A DNA stretch of 64,000 bases from an uncultured Candidatus Entotheonella sp. Its GTDB lineage: Bacteria; Tectomicrobia; Entotheonellia; Entotheonellales; Entotheonellaceae. The position numbers and the translations under genes are program-made. Of the stretch, positions 9,267 to 22,578 are shown piece by piece. The stretch covers positions 1,024,001-1,088,000 of the forward strand of contig CBDCDA010000001.1 in the NCBI GenBank assembly GCA_965215335.1, read 5' to 3'. Positions within the stretch are counted from its first letter, which is position 1, and each line of letters opens with the position of its first letter. Below the pieces are notes generated by a model, which did no database searches, was not told the origin of the DNA, and saw nothing but the letters and a program-made list of their open reading frames with translations.

Positions 9267-12200
9267 GGCATGCGGCGCCTCGTCACGGCCGCGGTTCACA
9301 ATTCGGTGGCGGCCAATCTGCTGATGGTCGTAATCATCGTGGTCGGCGGCATGAGCGCCTACAACCTCAGGCGCGAGACCTTCCCGCAGATCTCCTTCGA
9401 TATCGTCCAGGTGCAGACCAGCTTTCCCGGCGCCACGCCCGAAGAAATCGAAGAAAGCATCGTCGTCAAGATCGAAGAAGCGATCAAGAGCGTGGAGGGC
9501 ATTCAGGACATCATCTCGCAGGCGCACGAGAGCTCAGGCGTGGTGCTTGCCCGGCTCAAGCCGGGCGTCGACAATCGCCGCGTCCTGGAGGATATCCAGA
9601 ATGAGGTCGAGAAGATCGATACCTTTCCCGAGGACGCTGAACCGCCGCGTTACGAGGAACTCGCCGAGCGCCGCAAGGTGATCAATATCGCCTTGCACGG
9701 CGAGCAGCCCGAGCGCACCCTGAAGGAAGTCGCCACCCGGGTGCGGGATGACCTCCTGGCCTCCGAGTTCATTTCGCAGGTGCGCCTCGTCGGCACCCGT
9801 GATTATGAAATCAGCATCGAAGTGTCCGAGGCGAGCCTGCGGCGTCACGGTCTGACGTTCGAGGAAATCCGCCAGGTGGTACAGCGCAGCAGTCTCAACC
9901 TGCCGGGCGGCAGCATCAAGACGCCGACGCAGGACATCGTGGTGCGCACCGCCGGGCAGCGCTACACCGGACTGGAATTCGCCCTCGTGCCGCTGCTGAC
10001 GCGCCCGGACGGCACCGTAGTCACGCTGGACGAGGTCGCGCGGGTCAGCGACGGTTTTGTCGATGCGTGGCGCATCGGGCGCTTCAACGGCACCCCCAGC
10101 GTGCTGGTTTCCGTGTTCAGGACCAGCGAGGAAGATGCGCTGGTCATTTCCGACACCGTACGCCAGTACGTTGCCGAGCAAGCGCCCCGACTGCCGGCGG
10201 GCCTGTCCATGAGCGTGTGGGCGGACGATTCGGCCATTACCAAAAGCCGCTTGGAACTGCTCAGCCGCAACGGCTTGCAAGGTCTGTTCCTGGTGCTTCT
10301 CAGTCTCTGGCTGTTCATGAATCTGCGGCTGGCGTTCTGGGTAGCGGTCGGCCTGGTGGTGGCCTTGCTGGGCGGGCTGTGGATTCTGATCCTGTACGGC
10401 GGCACCCTCAACATGATCACCATGTTCGCCTTCATCATGGCGCTCGGCATGCTGGTGGACGACGCCATCGTGGTGGGCGAGAACATCTACAGCCACTGGC
10501 GGCGCGGCAAGCCCCCGGTGCAGGCGGCCATCGACGGCGCCAGCGAGGTGGCCGTGCCGGTCATCGGGGCGGTGTCGACGACCGTTGCCGCCTTCGTGCC
10601 GCTGTTCATCATGGAGGGCATTCTGGGCAAGTTCGTGGCCGTCATGCCTGTCGCCGTGGTGGCTGCCCTGCTCGGTTCGTTGCTGGAGTGCATGGTGATT
10701 CTGCCGCCGCACCTGGCGCACGCGTTGCCGGCGGACGGGCATCAGGCGCCCAAGAGGGGCCTTCGCCGCCTGGCGCAACGCATCCGGGGTGGTATCGACG
10801 GTACACTCGATTGGTTTATCGAACGGGTCTATATGCCGTTGCTGAGGCGCGCCATGGCCTGGCGCCTGGTTGTCGCCGCCTCGGCAGTGGCGATCCTGAT
10901 GCTCCTGTTCGGCCTGCTGCTGGGCGGGCATCTTGATTTCGAGCTCTTTCCCGACCGCGATACCGATACCATTATCGCGCGTCTCACCATGCCGCAGGGC
11001 ACCCCGCTGGCGCGGACGGCCGCGGCCACGGCGCGGCTGGAGGCCGCGGCGCGGGAACTCGACAACCATTTTCGCCCCGCCGACCCGGATGCCGCCGCCG
11101 TCGTCGAGCAAATCATGACGGTCGTGGGCATCAATACCGACTTCGAGCCGGAGGTCGGCAGCCACGTGGGCGAGGTGACGGTCCAACTCCTGGCTGCCGA
11201 GGAGCGCGGTATTTCCAGCACGCTGTTGGCCGACAAGTGGCGAGACCTGTCCGGCGACGTGCCGGACGCGCTCGAGCTCATCTTCATGAGCGAAGACATC
11301 TTTCCGGTCGGCAAGCCCATCGAAGTGCGCTTGATGGGCGACGATTTCGCCGCCATGCGTGAGGCGGCGGCGCGTCTGGAGGCCGAACTGGCCACCTATC
11401 CTGGCGTTCTGGACATCAGCAACGACTTCCGCCCCGGCAAGATGGAACTCCAGCTCGCCCTCAAGCCCGCCGGACGGGTGCTGGGTATCACCCTGGCCGA
11501 CCTCGCCAGGCAGGTCAATCAGGGCTTCTACGGCGCCGAGGCACTACGCTTGCAACGTGGCCGCGACGACTTGAAAGTGGTCATCCGCTACCCGGAGGCG
11601 GAACGGCGCTCGATGGGAGACCTCGACAACATTCGCATTCGCACCCCCAACGGCAGCGAAGTGCCGTTCGGCGAGGTGGCCACCGCCACCCTGCGGCGCG
11701 GCTTTGCGGTCATCAAACGAACCGACCGCCAGCGCGCCCTCAGCGTTACCGCCGACGTCGATTCGAGCAAGGCCAACGCCGAGAAAATCCTCGCTGCCCT
11801 GGAAGCGGACTACCTGCCGCGGCTGCTCGCCGACTACGAAACCATGCGATATTCCTTCGAGGGCCAGCACAAGGAAACGCAGCGATCGGTGGGCAGCCTG
11901 TTTCGCGGCTTCATCATCGCCATGCTGCTGGTCTACATGATTCTGGCAGTGATTTTCCGCTCCTACTTCCAACCCCTGGTCGTCATGTCGGTGATTCCGT
12001 TCGGGTTCATCGGCGCCGTCATCGGGCATCTCATCATGGGCCACGACCTTTCCCTGATCAGCCTCTTCGGGCTCGTTGCCCTGAGCGGCGTGCTGGTGAA
12101 CGACTCGCTGGTGCTGGTCGATTTCATCAACCGAGCCAGACGTGCAGGCACCCCGTTGTTCGAAGCGGTATTGGCGGGCGGCCAGCAACGGTTCCGCGCC

Positions 12201-12423
12201 ATCATCCTGACCAGCGTGACGACCGTCGCGGGCCTGTCGCCCATCCTGTTCGAGAAGAGCGTGCAGGCCCAATTTCTCATCCCGATGGCGATCTCGATGA
12301 GTTTCGGTCTCATGGGCGCCACCGTGCTGGTGCTGGTCCTGGTGCCCGCCCTCTACCTGCTGTTGTACGACGTGCAGAACATCTGGCGCTGGCTGCGGAC
12401 CGGCACCTTTGCAGAGAAATCCC

Positions 12424-14373
<1,950 letters not shown>

Positions 14374-14378
14374 CGCCC

Positions 14379-14414
14379 GCAGGGCGGGTTGGCCGCCGGC
14401 GCAACCCGCCCTGC
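14379..14414 (+). terminator. Strong hairpin between convergent genes (probable terminator or stabiliser)
   Basis: GCAGGGCGGGTTG-N10-CAACCCGCCCTGC, a 13-bp perfect stem 5 nt after the stop codon. No clear U-tract. Confidence 0.5.
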
Positions 14415-14611
14415 CGACTCAAGGGGAAATTCTGGCCTGAACGAGTCGGACGGGGAACGCGAGTCGAGGGCGATCATCTCGCAAGGGAAAAGTCCCGGCT
14501 CAACAACGGCGATGTCCCCGCCTTGCATGACCGAGGCCGTGATTTGCATGGATAGGCTGCAGGACCGGCGCGACACCAGGACGATGCCGTGCCGGTTGTG
14601 GGAAGGAAGGG

Positions 14612-15604
14612 TTATCTCACGGCAATCGGATTGCCCGGGGAACCCGTGGCGCCCTTCAAGCGCAGCGGCGAGAAGATGTACGCGAACTCATACACCCGGT
14701 CCGCCGCCAAGGCTGCCGTGTCGAGATTCTCATGGATGTAGATGCCATTGCACACCAGCAGGTGCTGGTGACTCTCGAAAGCCCGTTCCGGGTCCTCGCC
14801 CGGTACTGCCTCTACGGGCCACGTATCGGAGGCCAGCATGACGGGTTTCTGCTCGATCAGCCACTTGACCGTCGTCACGCTGGGTCCGGGCGCGCCGGCG
14901 CCATAGGCGTCATTGTCCACCATCCATAGTGACCCGTGGCCGGTGTGAAACACCACCACGTCGCCTTCCCCGATGTCGACGCCCTGGCGGGCCATGGTGC
15001 CCTGGATGTCGTCAATGGTGATGACGTATCCCGACTCCAGCCGGTCGACGCCCTTGTAGGCGGCGACGTCGAGCAGGACGCCGCGGGTGAAGAACACCCC
15101 GGCGTGCTCAATGCCGAGCCGCTTCAGCCCGTAGGCGTCGCCAAAATCGGCCAGCTTGTTGCCGTTGTAGAAAATTTCGTCGTCGCCCACTTGCACGCCG
15201 ACGTGCCCGAGGCCGTCAAACTGTGTACCCACCTGGCCAATTTCCGCACTCACGATCTCGTCGTTGCCGATGATCTGGTTCTTGGCGAACGGCGGGTATG
15301 TGGGCAGGCCGGGGATCGTTATGCTGTAGTGCCGCTTGCCGGGCATCGACATACCGTGCTCATAGATGCGCCCCAGCTGGTAAATCCTGCCTTCTCTGAT
15401 CAGCGACACCGCTTGCATCACCTTTGCCGGGGTGATGCGATTCGCCGCCCCCCGCTGGTCATCCGGCCCCCACTCGGACGGCCAGCATGCCGGGCCGATG
15501 GGGGTTTCGTCTTGTGCTGCCGCCAAAGCAAGGAAACCGGGCAGAACGAACATCCCGAGTACAACCACGGCCATCAACCTGGATTTGCGTAACGTCGATT
15601 GCAT
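14612..15604 (-). CDS. Exported cyclase-family (kynurenine formamidase-like) metal-dependent hydrolase
   Basis: Signal peptide, WGPDDQRGAAN, GTQFDGLGH, TRGVLLD, GATGSPGNPIA. Confidence 0.85.
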   Translation of the reverse strand: MQSTLRKSRLMAVVVLGMFVLPGFLALAAAQDETPIGPACWPSEWGPDDQRGAANRITPAKVMQAVSLIREGRIYQLGRIYEHGMSMPGKRHYSITIPGLPTYPPFAKNQIIGNDEIVSAEIGQVGTQFDGLGHVGVQVGDDEIFYNGNKLADFGDAYGLKRLGIEHAGVFFTRGVLLDVAAYKGVDRLESGYVITIDDIQGTMARQGVDIGEGDVVVFHTGHGSLWMVDNDAYGAGAPGPSVTTVKWLIEQKPVMLASDTWPVEAVPGEDPERAFESHQHLLVCNGIYIHENLDTAALAADRVYEFAYIFSPLRLKGATGSPGNPIAVR

Positions 15605-15820
15605 CGCTCTCTCCTTGTCGTTGCTGTGCCTCAGCTGCAAGGGCATCGGGTCCCTCGATGGGCGGCATCATACACCCGGCAAGGCCGCCGTCAAGCGGGA
15701 TTTGCGCGGCCCCGCCTGAAGCACGGTCAGGTTGTCATGGACCCTGGCTGCCCCGTGCAGTATCATGCCGGGTCAACCTATCGCGTCGAGGGCCGAGGTC
15801 ACTGTTAGGGGAGAAACACC

Positions 15821-17128
15821 ATGCAGCAAGGAAGGAAACGTGGACAGGGCACGCTGAGTCGGCGGCACTTCTTGAGCGCCGCGGCGACGACCACGGCGGG
15901 GCTGATGATCGTGCCGCCAGCCATTGCGGCCCGCAAGAAGCGCATCACGATGCTCAGTTGGAACCACTTCGTGCCGGCGTCGGATGAAGAACTGCGCCGT
16001 CAGGCCGCAGAGTTCAGCGACATCTATGGCGCCAGGGTGCAGGTGGACACCATTTCCCACTTGCAAATACCGGCCAAGCAGGCCGCCGAGGTCAATGCCC
16101 AGCGGGGCCACGACATCATGATCATGGGCGGCGCCTTTCCCTGGCTGTACGAAAAGCAACTCCTGCCGGTGGACGATCTGGTGGACGAGCTGGGCAGCAA
16201 GCTGGGTGGCTGGTATCCGTTCTGCGAGGAGAGCTTCCGCGTCAAGGGCACGTGGCGCACGGTGCCGTGGTTCTGGGTGTCGTTTCCCGGCACGGTCAAC
16301 CAGGCCCTGTTCGCGCAGCACGACCTGGCGTGGCCTGACACCTGGGCCGATGTGCTGGCGGCAGGCACCAAGCTGAAAAAGGCCGGGCACCCGGTCGGCG
16401 TCGCCATCAGCCACTGCGGCGACGCCAATACGACCTTCTGGTCCATCAACTGGTGCTTCGGTGGCAAGGTGATCGACGAAGAGGGACAGGTCGCCATCCG
16501 CTCGCTGCAAACGGAAGAGGCGATGGAGTTCTACCGCGAGCTGTTCGACAAGGCGATGACCGACGAGGTGCTGGCCTGGGACGACGCCAGCAACAATCGC
16601 TTCCTGCTGTCGGGCAAGGGCTCGTGGATTCACAACCCCATCAGCCCGTACAACGCGGCGTTGGCCAAAAAAATGGACATCGCCAAGGACATCAATCACC
16701 ACCCCACCCCGGCCGGGCCGGCGGGCCGCCACAACGCGCCGCCGATCGTCAGCCTCGGCATCTGGAAGTTCGCGCGCAACCCCGACGGGGCGCGAGAATT
16801 CCTGCGCTACCTGTTCGAGCCCGAGAATTTCAACAAGTGGGTGGTGGCCAGCATGGCCTTCAACCACGGCCCGGTGCGGGAATTCGAGACGCACCCGATC
16901 TGGGCAACCGACGAGAAACTGAAAATCCTGCCCCTGGAGGGCGAATACGGCCATCCGCGCGGATGGCCGTATCACCCGAACCCGGAAGTGGCGCGCATCG
17001 ACGAAGTCTATGTGCTGCCGGACATGGTGGCCAAGGCGATTCGCGGCAAGAACGTCAAGGCAGCCCTGCAGTGGGGCGAGGATCACATCCACCGCATCAT
17101 GAAGGTCACGCGAGAGAGAACCGCATAG
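15821..17128 (+). CDS. ABC-type extracellular solute-binding protein (sugar-binding family 1) with Tat signal
   Basis: SRRHFL twin-arginine signal. WPDTWADVL and WDDASNNR motifs. No permease or ATPase adjacent. Confidence 0.82.
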   Translation: MQQGRKRGQGTLSRRHFLSAAATTTAGLMIVPPAIAARKKRITMLSWNHFVPASDEELRRQAAEFSDIYGARVQVDTISHLQIPAKQAAEVNAQRGHDIMIMGGAFPWLYEKQLLPVDDLVDELGSKLGGWYPFCEESFRVKGTWRTVPWFWVSFPGTVNQALFAQHDLAWPDTWADVLAAGTKLKKAGHPVGVAISHCGDANTTFWSINWCFGGKVIDEEGQVAIRSLQTEEAMEFYRELFDKAMTDEVLAWDDASNNRFLLSGKGSWIHNPISPYNAALAKKMDIAKDINHHPTPAGPAGRHNAPPIVSLGIWKFARNPDGAREFLRYLFEPENFNKWVVASMAFNHGPVREFETHPIWATDEKLKILPLEGEYGHPRGWPYHPNPEVARIDEVYVLPDMVAKAIRGKNVKAALQWGEDHIHRIMKVTRERTA

Positions 17129-17151
17129 AAACGGTCGAACAGGATGGCGGC

Positions 17152-17190
17152 AACGGCTGGCCGGGGTCACATGCGCGGCCAGCCGTTTTT
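17152..17190 (+). terminator. Rho-independent terminator
   Basis: AACGGCTGGCCG-N12-CGGCCAGCCGTT followed by a T run, 24 nt after the SBP stop. Confidence 0.65.
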
Positions 17191-17211
17191 CTGCGCCGGG
17201 ACGGCACGGCC

Positions 17212-17427
17212 TTACGGACGTGCCGGTTGCTCGCCGGGCTCCCGGAGTCGGTGCACGCGCACGTTCAGGCCCTCGCGCAGCGTCGGGAAGTGTTCCCGCA
17301 GAGCGGCATGCGCCGAGGCATGACTGCGAAAGCCGTACGGCGCGCCGCTGGCCTTCCGCACCGTACGCCAGCCCTCCAGGCCATACCCATGGTGCGCCAT
17401 CACCTGGATGACGTAGACGTCTGCCAC
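17212..17427 (-). CDS. Small hypothetical protein (~71 aa)
   Basis: GTG start just after the esterase stop, with a purine-rich RBS. MADVYVIQVMAHHGYGLEGW... has protein-like composition. Confidence 0.45.
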   Translation of the reverse strand: MADVYVIQVMAHHGYGLEGWRTVRKASGAPYGFRSHASAHAALREHFPTLREGLNVRVHRLREPGEQPARP

Positions 17428-17444
17428 CGTGGCGTTCCCTACCC

Positions 17445-18374
17445 CTATTTGCCGGCGAAAGCCTTCTTCATGGCCGCGGCTGCTTCGGAGATGGCCTGGG
17501 CGCCCTTGTCCATGGCGGCGGGCATGCCGAAAAAACCGTGGATCATGCCGTCGTAGCGGCGGCAAACGGTGGGAACCGCGGCGGCTTCCAGCTTCTCGGC
17601 GTAGGCCTCGCCCTCATCGCGCAGCGGGTCGAACTCCGCGGTAATGACCAGCGCCGGGGGCAGATCCCTGAAGCTCCTCGCCGTGGACGGTACCGCATAG
17701 GCGTGCTCGGCATCGTCGGAAGCGCCGAGGTATTGCTCCCAGTACCACTTCATGCTGTCGCGCGTCAGGAGGTAGCCGTCGGCGTTGTCCGCATAGGAAA
17801 GGGTGTCGAAATCAAGCGCCGTCATCGGGTAGACCAGCAGTTGGAACACCAGACCGGGACGGGCGCGGTCACGGGCCATCTGCGCCACCACGGCAGCCAG
17901 ATTGCCCCCGGCGCTGTCGCCGCCCACCGCCATGCGCGAGGCGTCGCCCTGGATGCTGGCGGCGTTGTCCGACGCCCACACCGCGGCCGCGTAGCAATCG
18001 TCGCAGGCGCCGGGGAACTTCGTTTCCGGCGCCAGACGGTAATCCACCGAAACCGTCACGCAGCCGGTTTCGACCGTCAGGTGCCGCGCCGTCGGGTCGG
18101 CGGTTTCGAGGTCTCCCACCACCATGCCGCCGCCGTGGCACCAGATCAGAATGGGAAACGGGCCCGTGCCTGCCGGTGTGTAGATGCGAACCGGCACCTC
18201 GGCATCACGCCAGGACACGGTGCGGTCCTCCACCCTGGCGACCTCCGGTCCATCGACGCGCGGCCGGTTCCTCATGTTCTCGCGCGCCTGCTGCGGGCTT
18301 ACCATATGGTTCGGGGGCAGACCCAGGGCCGCCAGTTGATCGAGGACCTGCCGGGCTTGCGGATCGAGTGGCAT
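17445..18374 (-). CDS. HSL-family esterase/lipase (alpha/beta hydrolase)
   Basis: HGGG oxyanion motif, GDSAGG nucleophile, DPLRDEG, HGF. Confidence 0.92.
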   Translation of the reverse strand: MPLDPQARQVLDQLAALGLPPNHMVSPQQARENMRNRPRVDGPEVARVEDRTVSWRDAEVPVRIYTPAGTGPFPILIWCHGGGMVVGDLETADPTARHLTVETGCVTVSVDYRLAPETKFPGACDDCYAAAVWASDNAASIQGDASRMAVGGDSAGGNLAAVVAQMARDRARPGLVFQLLVYPMTALDFDTLSYADNADGYLLTRDSMKWYWEQYLGASDDAEHAYAVPSTARSFRDLPPALVITAEFDPLRDEGEAYAEKLEAAAVPTVCRRYDGMIHGFFGMPAAMDKGAQAISEAAAAMKKAFAGK

Positions 18375-18634
18375 GACTCACCTCTTGACAACGGGTTGAC
18401 AACGCTCGCTGGCGCTTGGAACAGGTGTGGGTTTTGAGGGCGGCCACTGTAAACCACACCCGCGGGAAGGTCAACGCGCAAAGGCGGCCTGTCGTTCGGC
18501 AGCGCCGCGACAGGTATCGTGCCACCGTCTTCCCGATTTCCGCTTGCCGCCTTATCCGCAACTCCGAAGAGGATCGCGCGGTCCCGTCTCACCGACCAGA
18601 CGTTTAACGAATCACCTCTGCGAAAGGAACTCCC

Positions 18635-19666
18635 ATGACACTGGAAAACGGCACGATCACCACGATGGCGGGCAGCGGGGAAGCCGGATACGACGGCGAC
18701 GGCGGGCCGGCCGGTTCGGCCCGTCTTAACGAACCTTTCCTGTGCGCCTTTGATCGGCAGGGCAATCTGTACGTGGCGGAGGCGATGAACCACTGCGTGC
18801 GCCGCATCGACGGCCGCAACGGCGTGATCACCACCGTTGCCGGAACGGGTGAACCCGGCTACGGCGGCGACGGCGGCCCGGCCACGCGCGCCACCCTGAA
18901 CCAGCCCTACGCCCTGGACATCGCGGACAACGGCGACCTGTACGTCGTGGACCGCCTGAACGCCGTCATCCGCAAGGTGGAGGCGGCCAGCGGCGTGATT
19001 TCCACCGTCGCCGGAACGGGGACGCCGGGATCGAGCGGCGACGGCGGCCCGGCGGTGCGAGCAGCCCTGCGGGAACCCAACGATTGCTTCCTCGACCGGC
19101 ACGGCGGCCTGCTCGTCGCCGACGTGCAGGATCAGCGCATCCGGCGGCTGGACTTGGCCACGGGCGTGATCACCACCTTCGCGGGCAACGGCGACAAGGC
19201 GCGCGCCGGTGACGGCCTTCCGGCTGTAAAGGCCAGCCTCCTCGGTGCCCGTGCCGTGTGCCAGGACGGCAGCGGCAACACCTACATCTGCGAGCGGGAA
19301 GGCAACGGGGTGCGCAAGATTGGTGCCGACGGCATCATGACGACGTTCGCGGGAACCGGCGAGCGCGGTTACAGCGGCGACGGCGGCCCGGCGCTGGCGG
19401 CCACCTGGGGGGCGCCGAAGGCCCTGCGCTGCGACCTGCGGGGAAACGTCCTGGTGGTGGACACGGAAAATCACGCCATTCGCCGCATTGACGCCGTCAC
19501 GGGCGTCGTCACGACCGTTGCCGGCGGACATCATGGCGGTCACGGCGACGGCGGCCCGGCAACCGCAGCGGGACTGGACCGGCCGCACGGCTGCTGCGTC
19601 GATGCGCAGGGCCATCTGTACATCGCCGATAGCAACAACCAGCGCGTGCGGGTCGTGCGGGTTTAG
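18635..19666 (+). CDS. NHL-repeat beta-propeller protein
   Basis: About six repeats of I(T/S)T(V/F)AG.G..G(Y)SGDGGPA...L..P....D..G.LY.AD..N..IR. Confidence 0.88.
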   Translation: MTLENGTITTMAGSGEAGYDGDGGPAGSARLNEPFLCAFDRQGNLYVAEAMNHCVRRIDGRNGVITTVAGTGEPGYGGDGGPATRATLNQPYALDIADNGDLYVVDRLNAVIRKVEAASGVISTVAGTGTPGSSGDGGPAVRAALREPNDCFLDRHGGLLVADVQDQRIRRLDLATGVITTFAGNGDKARAGDGLPAVKASLLGARAVCQDGSGNTYICEREGNGVRKIGADGIMTTFAGTGERGYSGDGGPALAATWGAPKALRCDLRGNVLVVDTENHAIRRIDAVTGVVTTVAGGHHGGHGDGGPATAAGLDRPHGCCVDAQGHLYIADSNNQRVRVVRV

Positions 19667-19678
19667 TTGGCAGCCAAA

Positions 19679-20824
19679 TCAGTCGGACGGCAGTTCGTCG
19701 AGGCGGCGCAGCACGCGGCTTTCGCGCAGGCGGTCGCCAGCGCCGCTGGCGCCGCCGGTCGGCTGGAAAAAGCGGGATTGCCGAACTTCGGCGAGATGGT
19801 AGGCGAGAAGTTCCCCGGCCAGGCAATAAACCAGCGGCGTGAACAGCTCCGGCATTGGCTCCGGCACCGGCAGGAAGGTATCGACGGAGACGGGAAGCAA
19901 TGCCGGGTCGCCGTGCGCAACCGCGAGCGTGTAACGCCCGACAGCCTTGACGTGGGGAAGCAGTTCCAAGGCCCGGTCAAGGCTGCGGCCCGGCGGCACG
20001 ATCAGGCAGGTCGGCGTGCGCTCCCGGGCATTGAAGAACTGGATGTGCCCCCACTCCTCGATGTCCTGTCCCCAGGCGTCGGCTCCACAGCTTTCCACCA
20101 GCTTGGCGGCGCTGAACAGCGCCGTCGCATAGCTCGGCCCGGAACCCACGAATACCCAGTCCTCATGCTCCCGGAGACGGTCAGCCGCTTGCCGGGCCGG
20201 GGCGTCGGCGGCTTCGATCGCCGCCGCCATGCAATCCGACGCTTCGACCAGCCGTCGCCGCCAGCGTTCGGCTTCGACTGCCGTCAACACCTGCCGCAGT
20301 TCACCGACCCGTATCGCACACAGCAGCAAACTGACGAGTTGCACCGTGTAGGAGCGCATGCCCGGCGCCCGTCCCATCGGCGCAATGGGCACGGCAACGG
20401 TCGCCGCCGCTTCGCGCGCGATGCCGCTGTCTGCACGTCCGGTCACCGCAACGGTGTCCATGCCAGCCGCCCGCCCCAGGACCACTGCTTCAATCGACCG
20501 CGCCACCTCGCCGGAATTGGAAATGCCGAACAACCCGGCCGGCGCTGGCGCCTGCTCCATCTCGTACCGCGCGAACGGCATCGCCGCAAGCGCCTTGACC
20601 GGCAGGCGGCAAAAGCGCGCGAAGGCCATTTCGCACGCCAGCCCGGCATAGAACGAATCGCCGCAGCCGGCCGTGTAGATGGCCTGCCAGCGTTGCGGCC
20701 GCACATCGCGCAAGGCGTCAGCCACGCGCTGCGTCACCGGCGCGACGCTGTCGCGCAGCAAGGCCGGCTGGCTCATGATCTGGTCCCGCATCACGGCGCG
20801 GTCGGACGCTTCGGCAGTCATCAC
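19679..20824 (-). CDS. SIS-domain sugar isomerase/deglycase (GlmS isomerase-like)
   Basis: AGCGDSFYAG, ISNSGE, GSGPSYATA...KLVE and EEWGH, with two SIS domains. Confidence 0.85.
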   Translation of the reverse strand: MMTAEASDRAVMRDQIMSQPALLRDSVAPVTQRVADALRDVRPQRWQAIYTAGCGDSFYAGLACEMAFARFCRLPVKALAAMPFARYEMEQAPAPAGLFGISNSGEVARSIEAVVLGRAAGMDTVAVTGRADSGIAREAAATVAVPIAPMGRAPGMRSYTVQLVSLLLCAIRVGELRQVLTAVEAERWRRRLVEASDCMAAAIEAADAPARQAADRLREHEDWVFVGSGPSYATALFSAAKLVESCGADAWGQDIEEWGHIQFFNARERTPTCLIVPPGRSLDRALELLPHVKAVGRYTLAVAHGDPALLPVSVDTFLPVPEPMPELFTPLVYCLAGELLAYHLAEVRQSRFFQPTGGASGAGDRLRESRVLRRLDELPSD

Positions 20825-20846
20825 AGGTCTCCGGGAATGCGCGGGC

Positions 20847-21992
20847 CTACGTATGATCGAGATCGGGGATCACGTGCTTGCCGAACATCTCGATGGACGA
20901 CATGACCTTTTCGTGCGGAATGGTCTCGGTGGCCATGAGAAACTGCAACTGATCGACGCCAGTGGCGCGGTGCAACTCGATGGCCTCGAGGCAGCTTTGC
21001 GGGTCGCCGGAGACGGTGACCGCGCGGTCGGCCAGGGTGTCGGCGTCGAACTGATTCCAGATGGCGTTGGCGATCTGCGCCGAGCCGCCGGAGAGGTCCA
21101 CGCCGGTGTCCTGACCGTCTTCCTTCTTGACGTAGCGGGCAAAATTGGCTTCCAGGTGCTCCGGCACGCCACCCCACGACTCGATGAGGCGCTCGTACAC
21201 GTCCACCTGGTCCTTCAGATAGGGACGGTCGGGGCCGAAGAACGTCTTGAGCGATTGCGCCGCCAGTTCGCGCGCCGCCTTGTTGTCTTCGCCGCAAAAG
21301 GCCATCGTGGCGCTGAGCCACTGGTCATTGATGGCGCGTCCGACCGGTTGGGCCTTGCGGACGTTTTCCTTGAATTCCCTGACATGATCGGCCAGCGTTG
21401 CGGGCGCGGCGACGCTCAGCGCCATGACGCCGATCCCCTTCCGGGCCGCCAGCCGGTAGGTGGTGGGCTGCAAGGCCGCCACCCAGATCGGCGGGTGCGG
21501 CCGCTGGAACGGCTTCGGACGCACGTCGCGCGGCGGCACGTTCCAGAAACGACCTTCCCACTCGAACAGCCCGTCTTCCCAGATCCTGGGAATCATCGAC
21601 AGCGACTCCTCCCACATGTCGCGGGTGTCGCGCGGGTCGATGCCCATGCCGGTCTGCTCGTACGGAGCCGAGCGCCCGGTGCCGAAATCGACCCGGCCGC
21701 CGGACATGTGGTCGATCATGGCGACCCGTTCGGCCACCCGCACCGGGTGGTGGTACGGCAGAATAACGACGCCGAATCCGAGCCGGATGCGTTTGGTCAG
21801 GCGGCTCAACGCCCCGAAAATGGCCTCGGGACACGGTGACATCGAAAAGCCGGTGAGAAAGTGGTGCTCCACGAACCAGATGGTGTCGAAACCCATCTCG
21901 TCGGCCAGAACGCATTGTTCGATCGTTTCCTCGATGACCGCGTGGTCATCGACGACTGGCCGTTGCATCTCGTACGCCAGGCTCAACTTCAT
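20847..21992 (-). CDS. Luciferase-like (LLM class) flavin-dependent monooxygenase
   Basis: GFDTIWFVEHHF, HHPVRVAERVAMIDHMSGGRVDFGTGRS, PKPFQRPHPPIW. Confidence 0.9.
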   Translation of the reverse strand: MKLSLAYEMQRPVVDDHAVIEETIEQCVLADEMGFDTIWFVEHHFLTGFSMSPCPEAIFGALSRLTKRIRLGFGVVILPYHHPVRVAERVAMIDHMSGGRVDFGTGRSAPYEQTGMGIDPRDTRDMWEESLSMIPRIWEDGLFEWEGRFWNVPPRDVRPKPFQRPHPPIWVAALQPTTYRLAARKGIGVMALSVAAPATLADHVREFKENVRKAQPVGRAINDQWLSATMAFCGEDNKAARELAAQSLKTFFGPDRPYLKDQVDVYERLIESWGGVPEHLEANFARYVKKEDGQDTGVDLSGGSAQIANAIWNQFDADTLADRAVTVSGDPQSCLEAIELHRATGVDQLQFLMATETIPHEKVMSSIEMFGKHVIPDLDHT

Positions 21993-22014
21993 GTCATTCC
22001 CCTCAAAGCGTCGC

Positions 22015-22410
22015 TCAAGAAAAGAGAAACCAGTCCTCGGACACCGTGTTGGCGGCGAAATCGGCGAGGTCCGGCAGGGGGTTCGCACCGTCCGCCAAGG
22101 CTTGTAACGACCCTGCCAGAACACCAGCCAAAAGCGCTGCGGGCTGGAGCGGCTCTTGGTCAATACCGCCGAGTCGATGGCATTTCTGCAGCGCCTTGTG
22201 CCATTGGCTCCGGCAGCCTCGCGGGTTGCCGTTGGTGTAGTGGTAAGCACCAACCACCAGCTGGATCATCGCCTGCCAGAACAGGCGCTGGCGTCCCCGA
22301 AGGCCCTGCCAGACCTCCTCCCAGGCATCGTGCGCGGCAAAGTGGTCGGCGTCGCGAAAGTATGCCAAGCCGTTGCGGAGACAGGCTATGTCATCGACCT
22401 GCAGGGGCAT
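22015..22410 (-). CDS. DUF309-family protein
   Basis: G..YF....HFAAHDAWEEVW...WQAMIQLVVG.YH motif. Confidence 0.8.
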   Translation of the reverse strand: MPLQVDDIACLRNGLAYFRDADHFAAHDAWEEVWQGLRGRQRLFWQAMIQLVVGAYHYTNGNPRGCRSQWHKALQKCHRLGGIDQEPLQPAALLAGVLAGSLQALADGANPLPDLADFAANTVSEDWFLFS

Positions 22411-22578
22411 CGACGGGCCGTCAGAGGCGTGGTGGTTGACGAGTGCAGAGCGGGCACAGGATAGCACGCGCCGCCCGGCACGGGCAACGGCTCCGGCAAG
22501 GCACCGCTCCACGGTTGGTTGTGGTAGTATGGCGATCCTTCTTGACAGTCATCGTGTCCTGATGAAAGGAATTCCCTA